Assembly: GCA_964573245.1 (NCBI GenBank)
Contig: CAZNJA010000036.1
Coordinates: 1 to 13,365 of the forward strand
Reading direction: 5' to 3'
DNA from: an uncultured bacterium
Lineage (GTDB): Bacteria; CAIJMQ01
Length of the DNA: 13,365 nucleotides
The notes below the pieces were generated by a model. That model did not search any database. It saw nothing but the letters and a program-made list of their open reading frames with translations, and was not told where the DNA came from. Position numbers and translations under genes: made by a program. Within the stretch, counting starts at the first letter, position 1; each line of letters opens with the position of its first letter. This document shows positions 1-8,105 of the stretch, piece by piece.

Positions 1-887
1 GGGTCAAAACTTAATACTTCTATTTCTACTCTGTATTTTGTAGGTAATTTTTCTTCCCATTTTACTAAACGCTCATATTTAAGGTCTTTGATATACCAAT
101 AGTTAGGTGAATATTGTTTCCAATTTGCTTGATAGCAAAAAGTGTCTTCCCCAATTTTCTTATTATTATTTCCCAAAATTTCTCCTTTAAGTGAATATTC
201 AACAGGACGAAAATTAGCTTGTGGATTGAGGACAAAAATTACAGGAGCTTCTCCATTAATTTTATCGCCGAATTCTATTCTGAACACATCTTTTGTGTCA
301 GAATTCATATTAACTACTTTCTCATACTTAAGAAACAGTCCCATCATTTCCCAAAATGATTTTCCAGTAATTTGAATTGAAACTTCCGGATGGAAATCAT
401 AACCAAGTTCGCGATAGAACGACCTAAAGGATTCTGTGGGTGCCCGAACAGCGTGATTCTCTTCTCCGTTATAGTGGAAGCTTATTTCAGGCGTATTGAT
501 AGTAGAGGATAAAAGTCTTCTTTTCTCACCATTTTCGTTAATTTCATAGCGTTCTGCTAAAGATTTTTCACCCTTAAAAGCAAAATCAACTAAAAATTTT
601 TCTTCGGTTGTTTCTATTTTTGTACCGCGGGGTTTTATTATTTTCTCCTCACCAGTTTCACGATCTACTCTAATTTCTGCAGGTGGCAATGCTTCTCTAT
701 GTATTAACACTTTTGCAGTTCCGCTACCTTGATATGTTTCCTTGATACTTTTTTCCAGTGTTTGACAAGCATTCTTTATTATTTCCTTCTTTTCATCAAG
801 AGATTGCGCAAAACTTAAAGACATCGACATACAAAAAATTCCTATAATGCCGATTAAAACTTTGTTTATCCAGATTTTTCTTGTCAT
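1..887 (-). CDS. Secreted hypothetical protein (>=295 aa, 3' end outside window), possibly LolA-like/beta-rich periplasmic fold
   Basis: Manual translation: ATG at 887, 3 nt after the folD stop, open to base 1. N-terminus MTRKIWINKVLIGIIGIFCMSMSLSFA|QSLDEKKEIIKN is a typical Sec signal peptide. Last visible residues are ...ANWKQYSPNYWYIKDLKYERLVKWEEKLPTKYRVEIEVLSFD. Absent from the ORF track because the stop is outside the window. The fold assignment is a weak inference. Confidence 0.85.
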   Translation of the reverse strand, partial: MTRKIWINKVLIGIIGIFCMSMSLSFAQSLDEKKEIIKNACQTLEKSIKETYQGSGTAKVLIHREALPPAEIRVDRETGEEKIIKPRGTKIETTEEKFLVDFAFKGEKSLAERYEINENGEKRRLLSSTINTPEISFHYNGEENHAVRAPTESFRSFYRELGYDFHPEVSIQITGKSFWEMMGLFLKYEKVVNMNSDTKDVFRIEFGDKINGEAPVIFVLNPQANFRPVEYSLKGEILGNNNKKIGEDTFCYQANWKQYSPNYWYIKDLKYERLVKWEEKLPTKYRVEIEVLSFD

Positions 888-890
888 AAT

Positions 891-1781
891 TTATCTATCT
901 TTAACATTCTTCGCCGCCTCTAGTGTATTTTTAAGGAGCATTACGGTTGTTACTGGCCCGACTCCGCCGGGGACGGGAGTAATCATAGATGCTTTTTGGA
1001 CTGCTTCTTCAAAAACCACATCTCCGACTATTTTTCTATCAATCACTTTTCCGGTTTCGTCTTTTTTAACTATCCTGTTTATGCCGACATCAATAACAAT
1101 AGCGCCTTCTTTTATCATATCTCCCTTTACCAATCCCACCCTACCGGCTGCTACGATAAGAATATCCGCCCTTTTGGTATGGGATGCTAAATCTTGTGTG
1201 GCGATATGACATACTGTAGGAGTCGGGGATTCTAAAGAGGATTGAAGCAGAAGAAGCATGAGCGGCTTGCCGACAATTTCCGAATGTCCCACGATTACGA
1301 TTTCCTTACCTTTTAAAGAAACCTCCGTATTTTTCAAGATTTCCATAACCGCAAGCGCAGTGCAGGGCGCAAGGACCGAGTTGCCGTAAACAAGTTCGCC
1401 TATATTCACCGGATGTATTCCTTCAACATCTTTGGCGGGAGAAATCTTCGTTTGGACCTGCCTGGCATTTATATGAGAAGGAACAGGCATCTGAAGAATG
1501 ATACCCGTTATTTTGGGATTTTCGTTTAGTTGCCGTATAAAATCTTCAAGTTCTTTTTGAGAAATCGATTCGGAAAGTTTATCAAGCTTATAAGAAATCC
1601 CCAGTTTCTTGCAAACCTTATTCTGATTTTCCGCATATATTTGCGCAGAAAGATTATCGCCGACTAAAACCGCTTCAAGGTGCGGAATTATTCCTTTATC
1701 TTTAATTTGTTTTAGCTCAAGTATCAGGTTTTCTTTGATTTTTGAGGCTATCTGTTTTCCGTCTATAAGTTTTGCGCTCAT
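891..1781 (-). CDS. folD: Methylenetetrahydrofolate dehydrogenase/cyclohydrolase family protein (FolD), variant active site
   Basis: Motifs LIDGK, GIILQMP, KDVEG, PCT, IVGKP, VIDVGINR, VGDV and ITPVPGGVGPVT. GGGGGAA SD-like sequence upstream on the minus strand. Confidence 0.97.
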   Translation of the reverse strand: MSAKLIDGKQIASKIKENLILELKQIKDKGIIPHLEAVLVGDNLSAQIYAENQNKVCKKLGISYKLDKLSESISQKELEDFIRQLNENPKITGIILQMPVPSHINARQVQTKISPAKDVEGIHPVNIGELVYGNSVLAPCTALAVMEILKNTEVSLKGKEIVIVGHSEIVGKPLMLLLLQSSLESPTPTVCHIATQDLASHTKRADILIVAAGRVGLVKGDMIKEGAIVIDVGINRIVKKDETGKVIDRKIVGDVVFEEAVQKASMITPVPGGVGPVTTVMLLKNTLEAAKNVKDR

Positions 1782-1823
1782 GAATTCCCCCGTTTCGTAT
1801 TTAATATTTTGAAAATAAGTGAT

Positions 1824-1832
1824 ATTATAGCA
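1824..1832 (-). promoter_or_regulatory. Probable extended -10 sigma70 promoter (TGCTATAAT) for folD
   Basis: Reverse complement of attatagca is TGnTATAAT, about 42 nt upstream of the folD ATG. No good -35 element is seen. Confidence 0.55.
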
Positions 1833-1855
1833 TTGTAAAAGATAGAATAAAAAAA

Positions 1856-1944
1856 GGTTAACATAAGTTAATATAAGTTAACATTGGTTAACACGGGTTA
1901 CCTTTTAAAATTTGTCTAGCAACTGTTATTGACCATTATTAACC
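1856..1944. repeat. 10-bp tandem array (RGTTAA core, 5 units) plus an inverted 3-unit array
   Basis: Left: GGTTAACATA AGTTAATATA AGTTAACATT GGTTAACACG GGTTACC (1856-1902). Right: TCTAGCAACT GTTATTGACC ATTATTAACC (1915-1944), whose reverse complements are AGTTGCTAGA, GGTCAATAAC and GGTTAATAAT. Confidence 0.8.
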
Positions 1945-1958
1945 AAATAAATACTAAC

Positions 1959-3179
1959 ATGTTCAAAGAAATAAATAACGGCGTAACCGCGCCTCTCGGT
2001 TTCAAAGCCTCGGGCGTGAGCTGCGGAATTAAAAAGGGCGGGAAGAAGGATTTGGCGCTAATATATTCCGAATCCAAAGCTTTGGCGGCGGGTATGTTCA
2101 CGACCAATAAATTCAAAGCTGCGCCGGTTATTATTGATATGAAACACCTTAAAACAAGCAATAATTTCCATGCGGTTGTTGCGAATAGCGGTAGCGCAAA
2201 CGCCTGCACGGGAAATAAAGGAATAAAAGACGCCGAAAAAATGGCTACCGTAACCGCTGATAATTTAGGAATTAAAAAAGAAGAAGTTTTAGTTGCATCA
2301 ACCGGCGTAATAGGGAAGGAACTTCCCATAAAAAAAATAAATAAGGGAATAATGGACGCTGTCGAAGAATTAAATTGCAAGGGGAGCGGTTCTGCCGCTT
2401 CCGCGATAATGACAACGGATACTAAATTAAAAGAATTTTCAATCGATGCGGGAATAAAGGGAAGAGGCAATAAAACGATTAAAATCGGCGGAATTGCGAA
2501 AGGTTCGGGAATGATTGAACCGAACCTTGCGACAATGCTTGCTTTTTTGACAACGGATGCTTGCATATCTAAAGAAGCGTTGCATGAAGCATTGCATATC
2601 GCTGTGAATAAATCTTTTAACAGAATAACAGTGGACGGTTGCGAATCAACTAATGACAGCGTGTTGATAATGGCTAACGGCTTGGCAAGAAACGAAAGAA
2701 TAAAACCGAAAGGCGAAAATTTTGAAAGTTTCACCGAAGCGCTTGTATTCGTTTGCCAGGACCTGGCCAAGAAAATAGCGGCCGACGGCGAAGGCGCGAC
2801 AAAATTGATAGAAGTAAATCTGAAAGGCGCATGGAATGAAAAAGACGCGCACAGAGCCGCAAAAGCAATAGCAAAATCCGCTTTGGTAAAGACCGCTGTG
2901 TACGGCGCCGACCCGAATTGGGGAAGAATAGTTTCGGCTTTGGGTTCGGTGAAAGTGAAATTTAATCCCGAAAAGATATCTTTGAAATTGCAGGGAATAT
3001 CTTTAATAGAGAAAGGGGAATTTATAGATTACGACGCAAAGAAGATTTCTGATTCATTGAAAAAATCCAAAGAAATAAAAATTGACATGGATTTGCATCA
3101 CGGAGATAAACATACTACTGTATGGAGTTGCGATTTGACGGAGGAATATGTCAAAATAAACGCTCATTATACGACTTGA
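1959..3179 (+). CDS. argJ: Ornithine acetyltransferase / N-acetylglutamate synthase ArgJ
   Basis: Motifs GFKASG, KDLALI, FTTN, NSGSANACTG, STGVIG, IMTTDT, KGSGMIEPNLATML (autocleavage Thr), STND, DGEGATK, DPNWGRI and YVKINAHY. The ATG at 1959 is preferred over the TTG at 1929, which lies in the repeat arm. Confidence 0.97.
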   Translation: MFKEINNGVTAPLGFKASGVSCGIKKGGKKDLALIYSESKALAAGMFTTNKFKAAPVIIDMKHLKTSNNFHAVVANSGSANACTGNKGIKDAEKMATVTADNLGIKKEEVLVASTGVIGKELPIKKINKGIMDAVEELNCKGSGSAASAIMTTDTKLKEFSIDAGIKGRGNKTIKIGGIAKGSGMIEPNLATMLAFLTTDACISKEALHEALHIAVNKSFNRITVDGCESTNDSVLIMANGLARNERIKPKGENFESFTEALVFVCQDLAKKIAADGEGATKLIEVNLKGAWNEKDAHRAAKAIAKSALVKTAVYGADPNWGRIVSALGSVKVKFNPEKISLKLQGISLIEKGEFIDYDAKKISDSLKKSKEIKIDMDLHHGDKHTTVWSCDLTEEYVKINAHYTT

Positions 3180-3189
3180 AAACTTGAAA
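3174..3189 (+). repeat. ACTTGAAA x2 direct repeat containing the argJ stop
   Basis: ACTTGAAA at 3174-3181 and at 3182-3189; TGA stop at 3177-3179. Confidence 0.5.
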
Positions 3190-3194
3190 TTAAA

Positions 3195-4070
3195 ATGAAG
3201 AATGCGATTGATAGAGCAAAAACACTAGTAGAGGCACTGCCTTATATAAGACAGTTTCACGGGAAAGTTATTGTTATTAAATGCGGCGGGGAATTGATGG
3301 CAAGTGAAGAGGTCCAAGAAACCATTTCGCAAGACGTGGCTTTGATGAGATTTGTGGGTATAAAGCCGGTGATAATACACGGGGGCGGACCGCAGGCAAC
3401 GCAACTTCTGGAGAAACTGGGAAAGAAAGCGGAGTTTATAGAAGGAATGAGAAAAACAGACAAAGAAACAATAGAGATTGTTGATAGAGTGCTTGGTGAA
3501 GTTAACGAAAATTTCGTAAACCTTATTAATAAAGAAGGGGCACAGGCAGTTGGTGTTTGCGGGAAAGGCGGGAAACTTATCAAAGCAAAAAAGATTAAGT
3601 CCTCAAAAGGGGAAGATTTAGGTATGGTCGGAGAAGTTGAAGAAATAGATTCTTCGAAAATAAATGACTTACATGAAAAAGGCCTAATACCGATTATTGC
3701 TCCGTTAGGAGAAGAAAACGGCAATATATTGAATATAAATGCCGATACTGTGGCATCGGATATAGCTATTGCTTTAAAAGCGGAAAAATTGATAATCCTG
3801 ACCAATAAACCTGGAATTATGAAGGATATTTCTGATGATAATTCTCTTATATCAACCGTATCAGTAGCTGAAATTGATTCGCTTATAGAAAAGGATATTA
3901 TAAACAGCGGCATGCTACCTAAGATTAAAGAATGCAGAAAAGCAATTATGGAAGGTGTTAACAAAACACATATAATAGACGGCAGAGTAGAACACTGTAT
4001 TTTACTTGAAATATTTACAGATACAGGTGTTGGAACGCAGATAACAAAAGATAAAATATTGGATACTTGA
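3195..4070 (+). CDS. argB: Acetylglutamate kinase (probably arginine-sensitive type)
   Basis: EALPYI N-terminal helix, VIKCGG, IHGGGPQ, GMRKTD, NINAD, SGMLPKI, HIIDGR and LEIFTDTGVGT. Confidence 0.97.
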   Translation: MKNAIDRAKTLVEALPYIRQFHGKVIVIKCGGELMASEEVQETISQDVALMRFVGIKPVIIHGGGPQATQLLEKLGKKAEFIEGMRKTDKETIEIVDRVLGEVNENFVNLINKEGAQAVGVCGKGGKLIKAKKIKSSKGEDLGMVGEVEEIDSSKINDLHEKGLIPIIAPLGEENGNILNINADTVASDIAIALKAEKLIILTNKPGIMKDISDDNSLISTVSVAEIDSLIEKDIINSGMLPKIKECRKAIMEGVNKTHIIDGRVEHCILLEIFTDTGVGTQITKDKILDT

Positions 4071-4148
4071 TACTAGATGCTCGATACCAGTAGAAACAAG
4101 GAACAAAATTTCATTAACGAGAATCCAGAATCTAGCATCAAGAATCAA
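4060..4148. repeat. Heptamer tandem-repeat inverted element (4x7 bp / 33-nt spacer / 4x7 bp inverted)
   Basis: Left: TGGATAC TTGATAC TAGATGC TCGATAC (4060-4087). Right: GAATCCA GAATCTA GCATCAA GAATCAA (4121-4148), the reverse complement of TnGATDC. Confidence 0.85.
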
Positions 4149-4172
4149 ACTTTAAAGGAAAATATATTTAAA

Positions 4173-5372
4173 ATGAATACACAAGAGATATTAAAACTAG
4201 ACCAGAAATATATTGTCCCCACCTATGGCGGGAAAACTGTTGCATTTTCCCACGGGAAAGGATGTAAACTCTGGGACGTAGAAGGCAAAGAATATCTTGA
4301 TTTGCTTGCAGGTATTGCGGTTGACGGATTGGGACATTCTCATCCTAAACTCGTTAAAGCGATCCAAGAACAGGCGGCAAATCTAATCCATACATCAAAT
4401 TTATACCTTATCCCGAACCAGATTGAATTAGCGTCTATTTTGGTAGAAAAATCTTTCCCGGGAAAATGTTTCTTTTGTAATTCCGGCGCTGAAGCAATTG
4501 AAGCTGCTATTAAATTTGCAAGAAAATATGGACACTCTAATGGAAAAGATAAATACGAAATAATTACGATGAGCGGTTCTTTCCACGGAAGAACTTACGG
4601 AGCGCTTACTGCCACCGGACAGGATAAATTTCATAAAGGGTTTGAACCGTTAGTGCCTGGGTTTAAATACGCAAAGTTTAACGATGTCGAATCTGTTGAA
4701 AATCTTGTTACTCAAAAAACATGCGCAATAATGATTGAACCGATACAGGGAGAAAGCGGTGTAAACCCCGCAAAAGAAGAATTCCTCAAACAAATAAGAT
4801 TACTCTGTGATGAAAACGATATACTTTTAATTGCCGATGAAGTCCAGTGCGGAATGGGAAGAACGGGAAAACTTTTCGCATATGAACATTACGGGGTAAC
4901 ACCCGATATGGTTACTCTGGCTAAATCTTTGGGCGGAGGGGTTCCCATAGGAGCGGTAATCGCAAACGAAAAAGTTTCTTCCTGCATCGGTCCAAGCAAT
5001 CATGCGGCAACTTTTGGAGGAAATCCTCTTGCGACAAAAGCCGCAGTTACAACACTGAAAATAATGTTTGAAGATAACCTAATAAAGAATGCTGAATTAA
5101 TGGGGAATTATTTCAAAGAAAAGCTAAAAGATTTAAAAAATAAATATGATTTTATAAAAGAAGTAAGAGGCAAAGGATTAATGTTGGGGATGGAAATCAA
5201 TCCCATTTCTAACGGTGCAAGGGGTATATTGCTAAAATGCATGGATAAGGGTTTGTTAATAGGCACGGCAGGCGAAAATGTGGTAAGATTCCTGCCTCCT
5301 CTTATCGTTCAGAAAGAAGAAATTGACAAAGGACTGCAAATTTTGGAAGAGGTATTGGCTAATATAAAATAA
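4173..5372 (+). CDS. argD: Acetylornithine aminotransferase (class III PLP)
   Basis: Motifs YLDLLAGIAV, NSGAEAIEAAIK, SFHGRT, EPIQGESG, DEVQCGMGRTG, TLAKSLGGG, TFGGNP and RFLPPL. Start placed at ATG 4173 (MNTQEIL, AAGGAA upstream), because the 32-aa extension from 4077 translates the repeat element. Confidence 0.96.
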   Translation: MNTQEILKLDQKYIVPTYGGKTVAFSHGKGCKLWDVEGKEYLDLLAGIAVDGLGHSHPKLVKAIQEQAANLIHTSNLYLIPNQIELASILVEKSFPGKCFFCNSGAEAIEAAIKFARKYGHSNGKDKYEIITMSGSFHGRTYGALTATGQDKFHKGFEPLVPGFKYAKFNDVESVENLVTQKTCAIMIEPIQGESGVNPAKEEFLKQIRLLCDENDILLIADEVQCGMGRTGKLFAYEHYGVTPDMVTLAKSLGGGVPIGAVIANEKVSSCIGPSNHAATFGGNPLATKAAVTTLKIMFEDNLIKNAELMGNYFKEKLKDLKNKYDFIKEVRGKGLMLGMEINPISNGARGILLKCMDKGLLIGTAGENVVRFLPPLIVQKEEIDKGLQILEEVLANIK

Positions 5373-5376
5373 AACC

Positions 5377-6297
5377 ATGAATAAAGATTTGCTTTCGATA
5401 AAAGATATAAATATTCAGGATATCAATCTCCTTTTCCAAATGGCATCGGAGTTTAAACAGAGAAGAAAAAGAGGAGAAAAAATCATCCACTTATTAGACG
5501 GAAAAAGTTTGGGGCTTTTGTTTGAGAAACCGTCTACAAGGACGAGAATATCCTTCGAAATCGCTATAAGAGAACTCGGTGGAAATTCTCTTTTCCTGCA
5601 GTCGGAACAAATGCAGTTAAAAAGAGGCGAAACATTGGCGGACGCGGCAAAAATCTTCTCCCTTTATCTGAACGCCTTGGCGGTAAGGACATATAAACAC
5701 GATAATCTAACGGAATTGGCTGAAAACGCTTCGATTCCGGTAATAAACGCTTTGTCCGATTTGTCGCATCCGTGCCAGGTTTTGTCCGATATGTTTATGA
5801 TAAAAGAAAAAATGGGCAAATTGGAAAATGTAAAGTTGGCGTATATAGGAGCCGGAAACAATGTTTGTAATTCGTTGATATACGGCTCGGCAAAAACAGG
5901 CATTAATTTAATTGTTTCTTCGCCGAGAGGATATGAACCAAATTCGGAAATTTTAAAAGACGCGCAACAAATAAATTCAAAATGCAAAATCGAAATAAAG
6001 AATAACCCCTTGGAAGCAGTCGAAAACGCAGATGTAATTTATACGGACGTGTGGGTTTCAATGGGTGAAGAAAAAGAAAAGGAAGCAAGAATAAACGCTT
6101 TCAAAGACTTCCAAATAAACGAAAAACTGATTAAGTTGGCAAAAAAGAATGTCTTTGTTATGCATTGTCTTCCTGCCCACAGAGGCGAAGAAATAACGTC
6201 AGAAGTGATGGACGGGGCAAACTCAATCGTGTTAGAACAAGCGGAAAACAAACTGCACACACAAAAAGCGCTCTTAGCCTTGCTTTTGGAAGAATGA
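5377..6297 (+). CDS. argF: Ornithine carbamoyltransferase
   Basis: Motifs FEKPSTRTR, HPCQ, YTDVWVSMG and MHCLPAHRG; located in the arg cluster. Confidence 0.97.
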   Translation: MNKDLLSIKDINIQDINLLFQMASEFKQRRKRGEKIIHLLDGKSLGLLFEKPSTRTRISFEIAIRELGGNSLFLQSEQMQLKRGETLADAAKIFSLYLNALAVRTYKHDNLTELAENASIPVINALSDLSHPCQVLSDMFMIKEKMGKLENVKLAYIGAGNNVCNSLIYGSAKTGINLIVSSPRGYEPNSEILKDAQQINSKCKIEIKNNPLEAVENADVIYTDVWVSMGEEKEKEARINAFKDFQINEKLIKLAKKNVFVMHCLPAHRGEEITSEVMDGANSIVLEQAENKLHTQKALLALLLEE

Positions 6298-6857
6298 TGA
6301 AAACAATTTTCAAGGTTCTGTTCGCGATGTTTTCCGTCCTTTTTTTTCTGCAACAAGAAATTGTTTTCTCTGCCCCGGCAGAAAACATAGAACTTCTTCA
6401 TTCCCAAAAATATTTCGAAAAAGTCCATGAATTGTTCAACAGCGCAAATAAATCGGTTTTCATCGTAATGTATTCATTTAGATATTACCCTAAATATCCG
6501 ACTTCACAATCCAATATCCTTTTACAGGATTTAATAAAAGCAAAACAAAGAGGAGTAGACGTAACGGTTTTACTTGATATTTCCGAAAAATTCGATGAAG
6601 AAACGACCGAAGAAAATAAAAATACCGGCAAAATCCTTTCCGAAAACGGGGTAAAAGTGCATTATGACGGTGTTGGAATTTTAACTCACGCAAAAACAAT
6701 AGTGGTAGATTCCAGATATACGATAATCGGAAGCCACAACTGGACGTATCACGGGCTAACAAAAAACAACGAGATTTCGGTTCTTATAGATTCTCAAGAT
6801 TTGGCAAAAGAGACCGAGAAATATATAATGGGTATAATTAATATTAAGGAGAAGTAA
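6294..6857 (+). CDS. Secreted phospholipase D-family protein, single HKD motif (Nuc-like nuclease/PLD), about 187 aa
   Basis: HAKTIVVD-x6-GSHN matches HxKxxxxD-x6-GSxN. Also AKQRGVDVTVLLD and NNEISVLI. Hydrophobic signal peptide MMKTIFKVLFAMFSVLFFL. The start overlaps the argF stop (ATGATG at 6294-6299); the track start at 6165 is unlikely. Confidence 0.9.
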   Translation: MMKTIFKVLFAMFSVLFFLQQEIVFSAPAENIELLHSQKYFEKVHELFNSANKSVFIVMYSFRYYPKYPTSQSNILLQDLIKAKQRGVDVTVLLDISEKFDEETTEENKNTGKILSENGVKVHYDGVGILTHAKTIVVDSRYTIIGSHNWTYHGLTKNNEISVLIDSQDLAKETEKYIMGIINIKEK

Positions 6858-8069
6858 ATGAAAATAGTTTTAGCTTATTCGGGCGGTCTTGATACTTCGA
6901 TCGCCTTAAAATGGTTGCAGGGAAAATACAAAGCGCAAGTTATAACATATACTTCCAACCTGGGCAAAGGAACCGACAGAAAAAATATTGAAGAAAAAGC
7001 AAAAAAGACAGGGGCAAGCAAGGTATATGTGGAAGACTTAAAAAGAGAATTCGCAAGCGAATTTATCCTTCCCGCATTGAAAGCGGGCGCTTTATACGAA
7101 AAGAAATATCCGCTGGCTACGGCGCTGTCAAGACCTTTGATAGCGAGAAGATTAGTTGAGATAGCAATAAAAGAGGGCGCTGACGCCATAGCACACGGAT
7201 GTTCTGGAAAGGGCAACGACCAGGTGAGATTCGAGCTTACGATTTTCTCTTTTGCGCCTGATTTAAAAATAATTGCACCTCTTAGAGAATGGGAATTAAA
7301 ATCAAGAGAAGAAGAAATAGAATACGCAAAGAAAAACAATATCCCGATTTCCACCACAAAGAAAAGCCCTTACAGCATAGACGAAAATATATGGGGGACT
7401 TCGATAGAATGCGGCATTTTGGAAAATCCCAACCAGGAACCTCCCGAAGACGCATGGGTAATTACGAAATCCATAAACAATACGCCTTCAGCCCCTAAAT
7501 ACATAAAGATATATTTTGAAAATGGGGTTCCCAAGAAAATAAACGGCGACAAATATGAATTATCTGCGCTCATCATAGAACTTAACAGAATTGGAGCAAA
7601 GCACGGCATAGGCAGAATAGACATGGTTGAAAATAGACTCGTCGGTATAAAAAGCAGAGAATTATACGAAGCTCCGGCCGCTGTTATTCTGCATAAAGCT
7701 TTAGGGGAAATAGAATCCCTCACCCTTGACAGAGAAACCTTGCATTTCAAAGAATTGATATCGAGCAAATATGCCGAGTTAGTTTATTACGGACTATGGT
7801 ACTGTGATTTAAAAGAAGCGCTTGATGCGTTTTTAGCCAAAGTCCACCAGTACACGACAGGCGAAGTTACTTTAAAACTTCACAGAGGCAACTGTATTGT
7901 GACGGGAAGGGGATCTCCGCATTCGCTTTATTACGAAAAAATGGCGACATATTCTCCCGAAGATATTTTTAGCCACCAGTCCGCAAAAGGATTCATAGAA
8001 CTTTTTGGGCTGCCGTTGAAAATTCAAGCCCTAAAAAAAGCGGAAGAGCAAATAAAGAAAAAACAATAG
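6858..8069 (+). CDS. argG: Argininosuccinate synthase
   Basis: Motifs LAYSGGLDTS, TALSRP, AHGCSGKGNDQVRFE, YSIDENIWG and ENRLVGIKSRELYEAP; AAGGAG SD. Confidence 0.98.
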   Translation: MKIVLAYSGGLDTSIALKWLQGKYKAQVITYTSNLGKGTDRKNIEEKAKKTGASKVYVEDLKREFASEFILPALKAGALYEKKYPLATALSRPLIARRLVEIAIKEGADAIAHGCSGKGNDQVRFELTIFSFAPDLKIIAPLREWELKSREEEIEYAKKNNIPISTTKKSPYSIDENIWGTSIECGILENPNQEPPEDAWVITKSINNTPSAPKYIKIYFENGVPKKINGDKYELSALIIELNRIGAKHGIGRIDMVENRLVGIKSRELYEAPAAVILHKALGEIESLTLDRETLHFKELISSKYAELVYYGLWYCDLKEALDAFLAKVHQYTTGEVTLKLHRGNCIVTGRGSPHSLYYEKMATYSPEDIFSHQSAKGFIELFGLPLKIQALKKAEEQIKKKQ

Positions 8070-8105
8070 TATTTTCCGTTTTTTAATCCGCAGAGGTAGA
8101 AATCA

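Noticed and set aside
142-1209. Plus-strand ORFs 142-375, 847-1209 and 996-1190
   Set aside because: Antisense shadows of the minus-strand secreted gene and folD; no recognisable motifs.
1809-1848. Plus-strand promoter for argJ (TTGAAA at 1809-1814, TAGAAT at 1843-1848)
   Set aside because: The elements are not at compatible spacing, and such hexamers are common in AT-rich DNA.
1856-1944. CRISPR array or replication origin interpretation of the repeats
   Set aside because: Units are 10 bp with no unique spacers, there are no cas genes, no clear DnaA boxes (TTATCCACA), and no rep or dnaA context.
5201-5220. CCCATTTCTAACGGTG (PISNG) in an ArgD loop, resembling half of a palindromic repeat I recall from uncultured genomes
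   Set aside because: No inverted partner arm or second copy in the window, and the loop is naturally variable, so it cannot be supported.
5842-5865. ArgF YIGAGNNV instead of the usual YxGDGNNV
   Set aside because: A single substitution; STRT, HPCQ, SMG and HCLP are intact, so there is no evidence of changed specificity.
6165-6293. 43-aa N-terminal extension of the PLD ORF
   Set aside because: It overlaps argF by about 130 nt and would bury the signal peptide; the coupled ATG at 6294/6297 is much more plausible.
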